Shown: positions 34,971 through 49,400 of the stretch, piece after piece
Layout of the letters: each line of letters starts with the position of its first letter
How positions within the stretch are numbered: position 1 is the first letter of the stretch
Source of the DNA: Dictyostelium discoideum
Lineage: Eukaryota
Direction of reading: 5' to 3'
Assembly (NCBI GenBank): GCA_000004695.1
Contig: CM000151.3
Coordinates: 6,112,001-6,176,000 of the forward strand
DNA: 64,000 bases
The notes under the pieces: generated by a model
Told to the model about the DNA's origin: nothing
What the model saw: only the letters and a program-made list of their open reading frames with translations
The model's database searches: none
Position numbers and translations under genes: made by a program

Positions 34971-36347
34971 CATACTAACTAATTTCCTTTATTATTTACA
35001 GAAATATAAACCAATTTACATAAATTGTATGCAGTTTAATCAACCAATAAAAATTTATATAGAAATTTATAGAAAATTAGAGAATTTAGTAAGCACAAAA
35101 AAAGGTGTAAATGAATCATTAGATTTAATAGAATCAAAATATTTTTACGATTTTGATAATAAAGAAGAAGAAGGGATGGAAAAACATTCAGATAAAAATG
35201 AAAATGAAAAAAAAACAATGTGGGTAAAATATAGAGAGTGTATTAATCTCTTTTTTTTTTTTTTATTATTGCTAACACAATTTTTATTTTTTTTTTAAAA
35301 AGAATTTTAATTTTAGATGAAATTGATATTTTAATTGAAAAGTTTAGTAATATATTATATAGGATATTTGAATGGCCAACTAAAGATAGTTCAAAATTAA
35401 TATTATTTGGAATTGCAAATGATTTAGGATTAGTACAGAAATCATTACCAAGATTCGCTAAAATTGGTATGGAGATTGAAGTTTTACATTTTAAACCATA
35501 TACAGAGGAAGAAATTTTAAAGATTTTTCATCACCGTATAGATTTAGTTTTTAAAGAGTATAAATTAAAGGAAGAGGATCAAAAGGAACAATTATTCGAG
35601 CCAGAGACATTGGAAATGATATCAAAACAACTTTCAGTCAATGGTTGTGACATTAGGAAAGCATTTGATGTCATTAGACGTTTAGTCACTTTAAAATTTG
35701 AAAAATATATTGAAAATGCAGATTCAAACGATTCATTGGATGAAGATCCTGATGAGGTCATTGAATTTAAATCACCTGGTGAATATTTCTTTTCAATGGA
35801 TTTAGTACAAGATGTATTGGCTGAATTTTTCGAATGTAAAATAGTTTCAAATATGAAAAGTTTACCACTTCAAGCTCAAATCATTTTATTTTCTTCATTC
35901 CTTCCAGTTTTAAATTATGAAACTGTATGTATTTTTTTTTTTTTTTTTTTTTTATTTTTTAAAATAAAAAAAAAATAAAAATAAAAAAAAATAAAAAAAA
36001 AAATGAAATTTACTAATTTTAAAATTTTTAGTTATATAAATCATATAAAAGTCAATGTTCAATTATTAATTTCCCATTAATGGAAAAGTAAATATATTTA
36101 ATAATAAAAAATAATAATAATAATAATATTTTATTCCTAATTAATTTTTTTTTATTTCTTTTTATTACTTAAAAAAAAAACAGAGCAGATTTTGGTTTAT
36201 CAATTGATTCAATTATTTCAAATGGTTTAATGAAAATAGAAAGTGGTAAAAAAATTGCATTATTATTTTCAAAAGAGCAATTAATTTCTGCATTTAAATC
36301 CTCAATAATATTCGATCCCCTACTAGAAGAATTAAATAATTTATAAC
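34641..36347 (+). CDS. Cdc6/Orc1-family AAA+ replication initiator (Cdc6/Cdc18-like; no BAH domain). At least 4 exons: 34641..34898, 35002..~35237, ~35303..35924, then one or two terminal exons ending 36347. The last splice pattern is unresolved
   Basis: Walker A ICGPPGTGKS. Walker B ILILDEIDIL. LYRIFEWPTKDSSKLILFGIANDL is close to S. pombe Cdc18. The winged-helix-like C-terminus is ...LMKIESGKKIALLFSKEQLISAF. Confidence 0.65.
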
Positions 36348-36404
36348 CAAAAAAATAATAATAATAGAAAATTAATAAATAATTCAAATTTTTGTTTAAA
36401 ATCA

Positions 36405-36437
<33 letters not shown>

Positions 36438-36750
36438 GAAAAAAATTATTTTAAGGTTTGATAATTATTCAAAAATAGAAATATTGATTAAAATAAAAAA
36501 AAAAAAAAAATCTAAGCCATTATTATTTATTTCTAATTTTTTATTTTTCAATGAAAACAGCAAATTTCTTTTTCCTGACTTTTTTTGATATTTTTCTTAT
36601 TTATTTCAAAAAATAAAAAAAATAAAAAAAAATAAGAAAAAATCTTTTTTTAGAGTCAGTTGAAAAAAAGATTTTTTTTTTTTGTTTTTTTATGTTTTTT
36701 TTTTTTTTTAGTTTAATATTCTAAAACAACAACAAATAAAATAGAAAGAA

Positions 36751-38499
36751 ATGAGATTAAAGGTTGCATGGAAAGATTTCAAATTTGTTATTCCAACTGG
36801 AAAGTCAAATAAAATTTCAGATTTATTTAAAGAAATTGCCAACAAATTTGCAGCTTACTCAACAGAAGAATTCATTGTTTCAGAATTAAAAACTTCTGAT
36901 GGTTTTGTTATTTCACCACATTATTTAGTCGAAGATGCTTTATTAGAAAATGATATTTTATTAGTTGTAGATTTTGAATCTTGGAAAAATGAACAATTTA
37001 AGTAAGTATTTTTATTTTTATTTTTTATTTTTTATTTTTTATTTTTTTTTAAATTTATTAATTCTTTTTTTTTTTTTTTAATTTTTTTTTTTAATTTTTT
37101 TTTTTTTATATATAGATTATGTACAAAAAGTTTTGTATTATTTGCATTAGAAAATTTCCAAGATGATAATAAATTAAGAGTTAATATTGGTTTAAATACA
37201 TTAAATAAATTATTTGTATCAATTGGATTATATAATAAATTATATAGATTAGAATTATTTGATTCAGCAGATCTTAAAGCATTCCATAAGGAAGGTGAAC
37301 ATCCAGTTACTCATTGGGAAGATGGTAAAGGTAATGATGCAAAAGTAATCTTTGTTGTTCAAGGTGGTATTGTTACTAAAGTTAAAACTGAAATTTCAAC
37401 CGTTTCTTCACCAAAACCATTAATTCAAACCATTGATATCAAATTAAATGGTACAAAGATTGAAGCTGGTGAAATTAAAACCATTCAAGAAGCTTATGAA
37501 CCATACGATAGTGATAGCAGTGTAGTTGTACCAGAGGAAGTTAGAGAAGGTAAATCTTATCAAGATTATGACCAATACGATTATTACACAACCGATGGTG
37601 GTAATGGAAGTGATGCATCTCATCATGCAGTCGTTATAGGTCCATCCGATATTCGTTTCGAACAAGTTGATATCACTCGTTCAGAAATGAGTAATTATGC
37701 CACTAGTAATGGTGGTTTCATGAATAGTTTCTTCACTGATTTCCAAATTACAAATAACAATGCCGATAGAGTCACCCTTTCAAAGATTACTGCAGAGTAT
37801 CAAGACAAACAAGGTAAATGGGTACCATTTACCAATGCTCTCTTTGGTACTAAAAGAAGTAACCAAATCAATGATTACTCTTGGAGAACTGATAACATTT
37901 TAATTCCATTAGAATCAAGAGATACCATTAAACTTTCAACCAATACTCGTGTAGAAATTAAAGGTGTCAATAGTGAACGTCTTCAACGTAGTCATCATTC
38001 ATTACCAAATGAATTACATATTAAAATTTACATTCATGATGACAAACAAAATGTAACCACCATTCCAGTATTTTACAAGAATAAAACTGAGGATCCAGTA
38101 ACAATGACATTGAAAACTCGTCAAGCTCGTGTTGAAAAACCAATCATTTTCTTCCAAACTGTTGATAACTTGGAAACCAATGTTCGTGGTTGGGTTCAAA
38201 TTGTTACCGATAAAAGTGATGGTAAAAATATCTTCAATTTCACATCTATTTGTTCCAATAGCTCTCATTATATCTCTCAAGCTGCTTTACACTCTTTTGT
38301 CTATGATGCAAAGAAAGAAAATCAAAAGAAATACAAAATCAAAAACTATTGTGCTAGTAACTCTGATTTCCAATTAGAAGTCTTTGCAAATGTAAACTTT
38401 GAAACCTCAAAAGTTGATTCCCTTTGTTTCGAATTATCCGATAAAAAAGGTATCTCTAAATCTGTTAAATATTTCCCAATTAAAAAACTAACTGAATAA
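36751..38499 (+). CDS. Hypothetical protein, 544 aa. 2 exons: join(36751..37001,37116..38499). No recognisable catalytic motif
   Basis: Exon 1 ends TTTAA|GTAAGT and the acceptor is TATATAG at 37115. A long ORF with good Dictyostelium codon usage through 38499. The N-terminal ~80 aa (MRLKVAWKDFKFVIPTG...) may be a ubiquitin-like or PB1-like fold. Confidence 0.55.
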
Positions 38500-38628
38500 T
38501 TTAATTAAATTAAATTATTTTATTTATAAATAAAAATTTTAAATCATTTGTATTAATTATAAAAAAAAAAAAAAAATAAAAAAATAATTATATATTTTAA
38601 TTTTATTATTTTATTTTATTTTTTTATT

Positions 38629-38960
38629 TTAAAATGTTGATGATTTTGGTAATCTATGCATAAATGTAATTTTTGGTACATCTGGTATATTTTCACCATC
38701 TATGTGTGGTAATTCATGTTGACTAAGAATTTCAAAACCATGTTTTAAATAAAATTGTACATTTGCATCATTTGAACATTCAATATAACATCTTTTATGT
38801 TCTTTATCAAACTTTTTAAATAAACGATTTAATAATTTTGATGCTAATCCTTTCTTTCTATGTTCAATATGTGTTGATAATGTTAATAAATAATAAGTTT
38901 CAACTGCTTTATATTGTTCATAATAAATTCCAAAAAAATCTATATTATATTTAAAATTTA

Positions 38961-39007
<47 letters not shown>

Positions 39008-39464
39008 AATTATTATTATTATTTTAAAAAAAAAGTTGTTTAGATAATTTTTATTTTTATTTTTTTTTATTTTATTTTATTTTTTTACCTTCAATTTTTT
39101 GAATTCTATCATTTGTTAATTTATAACCTTTATTTAATAATTTTTCACTTTGATTTTTTTGAAATTTTGACCATTTTACTGAATCCCATTCAACATTTGG
39201 TGGTAATAACATTGCAACACATTTAAATGATGAATCGAATGAAACACATTCATTAAAGTCAATTAATTGTTCCATAAATCCTTCTTCCATTTCATATATA
39301 AAATGATCTTTATCTTCTTTTGAAAGTTCAAAAAATTGATAATTAAAGTATGGATCTTCTTTAAATGAATCTGTATTTATTTTTGAAACTTTCTCCATAT
39401 CCTCTCTTTTTATTATATATAATTCATCTTGATCTATATTATCTACACTATTTGCAAAACTCAT
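38629..39464 (-). CDS. GNAT-family N-acetyltransferase. 2 exons: complement(join(38629..38939,39089..39464)), 228 aa
   Basis: Exon 2 encodes acetyl-CoA motif A (LLTLSTHIEHRKKGLASKLLNRLF) and motif B (YIECSNDANVQFYLKHGFE). GTAAAA donor and ATATAG acceptor. Phase-consistent. Confidence 0.7.
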
Positions 39465-39505
39465 TTTCTATTTTATTATTCTATTATTTTAAAAAAATAT
39501 TTATT

Positions 39506-39553
<48 letters not shown>

Positions 39554-40048
39554 TTATTCTCAAAATATTCGCCAAACGGAAAAAGTTGACGGCAATGTCT
39601 CTAAAACAAAAACAAAAAAAAATTAATTTAAAAAAAAAAAAAAAATTAATTTTAAAAAAAAAAAAAAATCATACCCGATTGTGAAAATAAAAATAGAAAA
39701 AACAATTGAAAAAAAAAAAACAAAAAGAAATCTCTTTAATTTATTACCAAACTTCTTATTTTTTTTTTTTTTTTATTATTTTTTACTAATTAATTTGATA
39801 TCAATATATCCTAATATTTCCATATTTTGGTCATTTATATTTAGAATTTGAAGTGAAGAAAAAGTATAATATTCTTTTATATTTGAAGCCATATATATTT
39901 TTAAATCAATTAATTGAACTAACTTTTTTTAATAATGATAATTGAGATTTTCTTTCAATTGAAAGATATTTAAGACTTTTTGGTAAAACTATATTTTTTC
40001 TACTTTTTTCTAGTTTTTTATTTAACTCTTTTTTTAAAAAATGAAATA

Positions 40049-40083
<35 letters not shown>

Positions 40084-40244
40084 CACCTTCACACGTTTTT
40101 TTTCTATTTACACCAAATCAAATAAAATAGTTTTTTCATTTTTTTTTTTCATTTTATTAATAAATATAAAAATAGAGTACTTAAAAAATAAACGAAATAA
40201 TAAAATATATAAAAAAAATGAATATGACAATTCTCTTTTTTTAA

Positions 40245-40275
<31 letters not shown>

Positions 40276-40384
40276 TCTATTTTTTTTTTTTTTTCATTTT
40301 CATTTTCATTTTCAATAAAACAAAAAAAAAAAAAAAAAAAGAATTAAACTTTTATTATTAAAAAAGAAATTAATTAAAAAATTA

Positions 40385-41237
<853 letters not shown>

Positions 41238-41342
41238 ATTTTAAAAAACTAAAATAAAATAATAATAATAAGTTATTTGTAAATATAATTAAAACTAAAA
41301 ACAACACTATTAAAAAAGATATTTTATTATTTATCTATTGGT

Positions 41343-42250
41343 TTGTTAAAATTAAAATTTTTATTTTTCATCAATAATAGTGGGATCAACATAACAAAAT
41401 GTTTTAATTTGTTTATCATTTACATTTAGATCTTTAAGTGAGTTAAAAATATAACCTTCCTTAACATTTCCAGCCATATATACTTTTAAATAAACTAGTT
41501 GTTTGAGATTGGTTGAAAAATCAATTAAAGATGAAAATCGTTTAGATTTACCAATTTTTAAACTTTTAAAAAATCAATTTCTTTATTGAATTTATTTCCA
41601 ATATAAAGAAATTCAATATTTTTTGGTATTCTAGGAAGTTTATTATTTAATTCTCTTGTGAAGCCCAAATTTTTTATTGTTTTTGGTATTTTTGTATTTG
41701 AACCACATTCTTCAATTGATAAAAATTTAATTGAAGATTTAACTTTTTTTAATAACGATAATTGAGATTTTCATTCAATTGAAAGAAATTCAAGAATATT
41801 GGGTAAAATTAGATTTTCTCCGATTTTAGTATGATGACCTAATCTTAAAATAATTAAATTATTTGGTAATGCATCATTATCAATACATTCTTTGAATCTA
41901 CTACCAAATTTTATTGAGTTGATTGTGTGGTAAATCACCTTTTGATATTATTAGGTTCTGATTAATTAATATTTCTTTAACTGAATATGGAATTATTCCG
42001 AATGGGATAAAAGCTCCCATTACTTTATCATTTATTTTAGTTTCATCATTTGAAATTACCAAAACTGTTAAATAATTTCATAATGGATATTCTCTTAATG
42101 AATTAAAATTATGTTTAGTTTTATTATGTGCAATATTAAATTTCCTTAAATGATAAAATATATATTTATTCCTTAAATTAACATTTTTCAAAACTTTAAA
42201 AAACAATTCATCATTTTCTAATTTAATTTCACTAAATCTATAAATAAATA
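41343..42250 (-). pseudogene. FNIP-like repeat protein pseudogene (multiple stops and frameshifts), paralog of 45246..46193
   Basis: The minus-strand reading gives KLENDELFFKVLKNVNLRNKYIFYHLRKF...IGKSKRFSSLIDFSTNLKQLVYLKVYMAGNVKEGYIFNSL, interrupted by many TAA/TGA codons. Confidence 0.5.
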
Positions 42251-42976
42251 TTTAAAAATATACACTAATTTTTATCAATATGGTTTATTTAAAATTTTTA
42301 ATCCAAAAAAAAGAATAAAAAAAAAAAAATAATTATCAAATTTATTTTTAACTTAATTTGATTTTTTATAAAAAAAAAATAAAAAAAAAAAAAATTCCAT
42401 AATTGGAAAACAGGATAAAAATAAAAAAAAATTATATTTTTTTTTCTAATTATGGAAATTTATTTTTTCTTTTTAAATTACTTTTTTTATTTTTTTATCA
42501 ACATATCTTTGAAAATATGTCATTCTTTTTTTTATGTCATTTTGTTTATTTTTTGAGTTTTCTATTTATATACTAATCCATATCAAAAATAAATAAAATA
42601 AAATTATTGATAAAAAAAAAATTATTAATATAATTAAAAACAAGTTTTTTTTTATTTTTATTTTTTTTTTATTTTTTTTTTTTTTATTTTTTTATTTTTT
42701 TTTTTTTATTTTTTTATTTCACAAACATCTCAAAATCAAATATGACAATATAAATAATAATAGATATAAATCATTTACACAATAGTGGAAGTTTAATTGC
42801 AACTTTAAGAGGGTATAAATATGTTTTACTTGGGCGCACTGACAGTTTCCAATGATTATGTCATTTGAATTTTGAATTTTATATTCCAATCAATATGATT
42901 CAATAGCATCGTCATTGACTGGTCGGTTAATAATACAATCACTTCAATATCTTTCTAATCAAATACAACCACTATA

Positions 42977-43077
<101 letters not shown>

Positions 43078-43355
43078 TTATTATTTAGATACAGTGATTC
43101 ATTTGGCGAAAGTAAAGCAAGGAATTTTGATAAATCAAATCATGTGATTTCTTTATCATCAAGCATAATTAATTGTAGTCAAAGTTCAATCAATGCAGGT
43201 AATATTAATGTTTAACAAATAGATTTCGAGATGATTACAGCTCAACCACAATAACAACTACATCAATAACAGTGGTGATTTACGTTTCAAATCAATATTT
43301 AAAATGGTACCATTGAATTGACCAGACAGACACCTCATCTAATAGTTGTTGTATT

Positions 43356-43474
43356 TGTGTAATGCAAAGTTCCAAACTTTTATTTGGTGAAACCAGATCC
43401 TATTCAAGTAAATGGTTACTTCAATACGATCAGGTTTCCCCAAATCGTAGTTAGGAACTTTATATTACACAAAT
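43356..43474. repeat. Long imperfect inverted repeat (arms ~56-58 nt, ~80% complementary) forming a single hairpin, within a non-AT-rich island (42780-43700)
   Basis: Left arm tgtgtaatgcaaagttccaaacttttatttggtgaaaccagatcctattcaagtaaatgg. Right arm ttacttcaatacgatcaggtttccccaaatcgtagttaggaactttatattacacaaa. Aligned by eye. Confidence 0.5.
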
Positions 43475-43806
43475 ACAACAACAACCACTACTAATACTCG
43501 ACAACAAACAAAGAGTTTATCAAGTTTAAATTCAGTTGATGGAAATAGTATTTGTAGTGGTATTAGTTGAAAATAGTAGATAAAGTACTTCATAGTAATA
43601 GTTTAGGTGTTAGAGATAGTATTGGTAGTAGTAGTAGTTCAAGTGGATCAACAATTTTAAATAAAATCACCAGTTAAATTTTATGTAAATTGCCAAAAAT
43701 CAAATTCAATGACATTGTATATGATAATAATAAACTTAAATATTAATATAAATAATATTAATACATAAGTAAAAATTAAATAAAACTAGAATACTTCCCA
43801 AATTAA

Positions 43807-43845
<39 letters not shown>

Positions 43846-43899
43846 AATATTGAAAAGTTATTTAATTTTTAATTTTCTATTTTATTTATCTATTGTTTT

Positions 43900-44830
43900 A
43901 TCAAAATTTTATTTTTCATTAACAATACTGGGATCAACATAACAAAATATTTTAATATCTTGATCATTTATGTTTAGAATTTTAAGAGAATTAAAAATAT
44001 AACCTTCTTTTACATTTTCAGTCATATATACTCTTAAATAAACTAGTTTTTTGAAAATCGTTTTGATCTACCAATTTTTAAAACTTTTAAATGTGATAAA
44101 TTTAAAAAATCAATTTCTTTATTGAATTTATTTCCAATATAAAGAAATTCAATATTTTTTGGTATTGTAGGAAGTTTATTATGAAACTCTCTAATGAAAG
44201 CCAAATTTTTAATTGTTTTTGGAATTCTAGTATTTGAATTACATTCTTCAATACACAAAAATTGTATTGAAGACGTAACTTGGTCTAATAATGGTAGTTG
44301 AAATTTTCTTTGAATTGTAAGAAATTTAAGATTTTTTGGTATAATTAAATTATTACTGATTTTGGTATTATGACCTAGTCCTATTTTAATTAATTTTTTT
44401 GGTAACATATCATTATCAATATATTCTTTGAATCTTTGATCGAATTTTATTGATTTGATAGAATCTGGTAAATCACCTTTTGAAATTATTAGATTTTGAT
44501 TAATTATTAATGATACTACAGAATTTGGAATTATTTTATTTGGAATAAAAGCACCCATTGCTTCATCATTTATTTTAGTTTCATCATTTGAAATTTTTAA
44601 AAATGTTAAATAATTTCTTAAAGGATATTCTAATAAAGAATCAAAACTATGTTTAGGATTATTATTTGCAATTTTAAATTTCCTTAAATAATAAAATATA
44701 TATTTATTCCTTAAATAAACATTTCTCCATACTTAAAAAAATAATTAATCATTTTCTAGTTTAATTTTACTAAATGTTTCTGTATCGACTATGAATCTTT
44801 TTAAATATTCATTAATTGATTTATCCATTG
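43900..44830 (-). pseudogene. FNIP-like repeat protein paralog with two in-frame TAA codons in the N-terminal region and a frameshift near the C-terminus
   Basis: It reads KLEND*LFF*VWRNVYLRNKYIFYYLRKFKIAN... in frame with ORF 44043..44558. The C-terminal segment (KQLVYLRVYMTENVKEGYIFNSL) is in another frame. Confidence 0.55.
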
Positions 44831-45245
44831 TTTTTATTTGGTAATTCAATTAAGAAATATTAAAAAAAAAAAAAAAAATTTTATTTTGAATAAGTTTTTT
44901 TTTACTGAATTTTTTTTATTAAAATAAAATAAAGAAAGAAAAATAAAGAAATAAAAAAAATTACAAATTTGGTAATAAAATCACCTTTTTTTTTTTTTTT
45001 GATCTATAAATCTTTTTTTATTTTTTTATTTTTACTATTTTTTATTAGATTTTATTCAAATAAAATAAATTATAAATTCTTTGGTTAAAAGATGTAATTT
45101 CGAATGACCCCTCATTTTTTTCTATTTAAAAATTTTTAAAAAAAAAGAAAATTAATATAATTGTTTGAAATTATAAAAAAAAAAAAAAAGATTTTTAAAT
45201 GACAGTTTGTGTATTTTTTATTGTTTATATTTATATTTACTTTTT

Positions 45246-46193
45246 TTAAATATAATTTTTAAGGTCCACAAAACCTTCAAAAATTTCTATTAATTGATCA
45301 TTAAAACATAAAATTTGAAGTGATGTAAAATTATAATGATATTCCAATAAATAAAATTCAGAGTATACTTTTAAATAAATTAGTTGTTTTAGTGAAAGAG
45401 CAATGTCAGATAAGGATTTAAATTTTTTCGATCTACCAATTTTTAAAATTTTTAAATGTTTTAAATCTAAAAAATCAATTTCTTTACTGAATTTATTTCC
45501 AATATGAAGGTATTCGATATTTGGTGGTATTATTGGAAGTTTATTATGAAATTTTGAAGTTAAACCTAAACTTTTAATTGTAGTTGGAATTTTTGTATCT
45601 GCATCACATTCATTAATACCTAAATATTCAATTGATGATGTAACTTGATCTAATAATGATAATTGTGATTTTCTTTCAATGGATAATGATTTTATACATT
45701 TTGGTAAAATAAAATCTTCATCAATTTTAGTATGATATCCCAACTTTAATTTAATTACATTTTTTGGTATCATATCATTTGAAATTAATTCTCTGAATCT
45801 TTTACCAAAAGCTAAGGTATGAATTGAATCTGGTAAATCTCCTTTTGATATTAATATATTTTGATTTATTATTAATAATCCAACAGAATTTGGAATTATT
45901 TTATTTGGAATTGTTGATCCAAAATCTATATCATTTTGTAATGTTTCGTCATTTGTAATTTTCAATCCAGTTAAATAATTTCTTAATGGATATTCTCTTA
46001 AACTCTCAAAATTATGTTTTATATTAAAATTTGCAATTTTAAAATTCCTTAAATGATAAAATATACATTTATTTCTTATAAAAACATTTCTCCAAACTTT
46101 AAAAAATAATTCTTCCTTTTCTAATTTAATTTTACTATTTATTTCATAATCAATTTCTAATATTAATGAAAAATTTTTACATAAAACATCCAT
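45246..46193 (-). CDS. FNIP-like repeat protein, intact 315-aa ORF
   Basis: Repeated IPNS..L.I..FG..F...I....LP..IK.L units. Head of the local paralog family. Confidence 0.6.
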   Translation of the reverse strand: MDVLCKNFSLILEIDYEINSKIKLEKEELFFKVWRNVFIRNKCIFYHLRNFKIANFNIKHNFESLREYPLRNYLTGLKITNDETLQNDIDFGSTIPNKIIPNSVGLLIINQNILISKGDLPDSIHTLAFGKRFRELISNDMIPKNVIKLKLGYHTKIDEDFILPKCIKSLSIERKSQLSLLDQVTSSIEYLGINECDADTKIPTTIKSLGLTSKFHNKLPIIPPNIEYLHIGNKFSKEIDFLDLKHLKILKIGRSKKFKSLSDIALSLKQLIYLKVYSEFYLLEYHYNFTSLQILCFNDQLIEIFEGFVDLKNYI

Positions 46194-46411
46194 TTTTTTT
46201 TTATTATAATAAAATATTTATAAAAAAAAAAGAATAAAATTAAAAATAAAAGGAAAAAAAAAAACAAAAAAAGTAAATTATTAATAAATTAAGTAAAAAA
46301 AAAAAGTAAAAACTTAATTTATTAAAATGACGTTAAAAAAAAAAAAAAAGATCAAACATGGTAAAAAAAATAATCTATAGATCTTTTTTTTTTTTTTTTG
46401 ATTTAAAATTT

Positions 46412-49400
46412 TTAATTTTTTTTAATTTTATTTTTATTAAAATTTAATTTATTATTAGATTCTAATTCAAATAAAATTGATTTTGATCTTTCTAAGACCG
46501 AATTTGGTATACCCGCCATTTTTGCACAAAAAATACCATAAGATTTATTTGACATTCCAGGTACGATTTTATGAGTGAACAAGATTTCATCTTCATCCTC
46601 TTGAATTGCTAAACAATAACATTTTATATGAGGTGTTTCATCTAAATTTTTAGTTAGTTCATGATAATGAGTTGCAAAGAGAGTTCTACATCTGTTAACT
46701 TGATTAAGATATTCCACTACAGATTGAGCAATTGAAATACCATCCAAAGTACTTGTACCACGACCTACTTCATCCATAATTACGAAAGATCTATTAGTAG
46801 CCTTCTTTAGAATTGAAGCTGTTTCAACCATCTCAACCATAAATGTTGATTTATCATTTGAAAGATCATCTGAAGAACCCACTCTACTAAATATAGCATC
46901 AACAATACCGATTTTAGCATAAGAAGCAGGTACGAATGAACCCATTTGAGCCATTAAAATGATTAAAGCATTTTGACGTAAAAATGTACTCTTTCCACCC
47001 ATATTAGGACCTGTAATTAACCAAAGATTTGCATCATCAATACCTTTATTCAATTGTAAATCATTACCAATAAATTCAGTTGTTGAATTTTCAACTGTTG
47101 GATGTCTACCATCTTTAATATCTAAAATTAATCGATCATTATCATTATTATCATTATCAACAACAATATTATTATTATTGTTATTATTATTATTAACTAA
47201 AATTGGTTTAATATATCTTCTTTGTTTTGAAATTTTAGCTAAACTTGTTGAAATATCTAAATTTGCAATTACTGAACTAACTTGTTTAATTTCATTACTA
47301 TATTTACAAACTAAATCAACCAATACATAATAAAGTTGAATTTCATATTCTAAAACCTTTGAAGCCGCTCTATTAATTTCATCTTCTAATATGATTAAAT
47401 CACTTGATTTAAATCTCATTACAGAGAGTAGAGTTTGAATATGAATGAAATTCAAAGGTATTTTATCACGATCAGATGATGAGATTTCAATGTAATAACC
47501 AATGATTGAATTTTTATTTACTTTAAGTTTTGGTATCTTTAATTTGTTTCTATAGGTTTCTCTAAATTCATTGATTAAAGCATCACTATTTCTTGAGATT
47601 AATTTATATCTATCCAATTCTTTCGAATAACCTTCCTTAATGAAACCACCATCATTTACACTAATCGAAGGTGGTGAATCAATCAATGCAGCCGAAAGGT
47701 GGTTCAATAATGGTGTTAAATGGGTTTGTTGAATTTTCAATAATAATTGATTAATCGATTCAGTTTGCTCATTGATTTTCATAGTTAAAAGTTTTGATTG
47801 TAATGATTCTTTTAAATGGAAAATCGATTGTAATGTACTGCCAATGGTATGTAAATCTCTTGGTCCTGATTTATTAATTTTTAAACGTTGAATACATCTT
47901 TCAATATCTGAACCAGCATTTAAAAAACTTCTAACTTCATTTGTCAACTCCATATTATTATAAAAGAATTCCAATTGATTCAATCTTGAATTGATTTCTT
48001 TCAATTCTAAACTTGGTGATTGAATTCTTGAGAATAATAATCTACCACCTTGTGGTGTTATAGTTTTATCAATACTTTCTAATAAACTACCTTTCTTATC
48101 ACCTTGATATGTTTTTGTAATTTCTAATGATTGCATTGTTGAATAATCAATAAACATTGAATTATGTGAATCAATTCTTTTTGGTAAATTTAATGAAAAT
48201 AATGGATTACTACTATTATCATTATTATTGCCAATACCAATATTTGTTTTAATTATATAACTTAAAATTGAACCTGCACTATTTAATTCATCATTTGAAA
48301 ATTCATTTTCAAAATATTCATTATTAATTTCATTATTATTATTATTATTAAATGCTTCATTAAAAATTTTAAAAGTTTTCTTTTTATAATTAAAACTTTT
48401 TAAATCATTTTCCATTGAAACATTATATGGTTTTAATATTTTTGAAATTTGTTGATTATAATTTAATGATGCTGGTATTAATATTTCTTTTGGTTGAATT
48501 CTATTTAATTCTGATGATAGATTTTCTAATGTTGATGAAGATATAAAGAAATCACCTGTACTAATATCTAACCATGATATTGAAAATTGTGAACTTGCTG
48601 AAAATTTTGTATTACTAATATTATTACTAATATTATTATTATTATTACTATTACTATTACTATTATTATTATTACTACTATCATCAGCAACCATTAAATA
48701 ATCATTAAGTTCAAATCCATTAGGTAAGATTGAACATAGATAATTACTATTGGATGTTAAATATCTATCTTCATATAAAGTACCAGGTGTAATGATTCTA
48801 ACGATTTGTCTATTTATAATTCTTCTACCTTCTTTTGCTTCATTAGAATCCTCAACTTGATCACAAATTGCTACTGATTTACCAAGTTTAACTAATTTAG
48901 CAATATGAATCTCTGCTGAATGTGATGGTACTCCACACATTGGTATCTCTCTATTTCTATTTTTACCTTGTTTTCTTGATGTTAACTTTTTTGGATTTTA
49001 ATTGATATATAAATATATGTATTAATAATTAATTTATAAAATCATGTAAATTGATTATTGATAATTATATACATACTGTTATACCTAATAAATTTGAAGC
49101 AATTTTTGCATCTTCATCAAACATTTCATAAAAATCGCCTAATCTAAAGAAAAGTATTTCATTTGGGTATTTCTTTTTAAATCCACTATATTGTTCCATT
49201 ACTTTTGTTGTTCCTTTAGCACTACTTAATCTTTTTCCTATTTTATCTTCTTCTTCTTCTTCCTCATCATCTTCATCCTCTTCTTCTATTGTATTATGAT
49301 TATCATCTTTATATTTTAGTTGTTTTGATGATTTGCTTAAATTTTTCCCAATTTTATCTTCTTTTTCTTCTTTTTCTTTTAATGTATTATTAACAATATT

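Noticed and set aside
39980-40318. Poly-Phe ORF
   Set aside because: Translation of T-homopolymer intergenic sequence.
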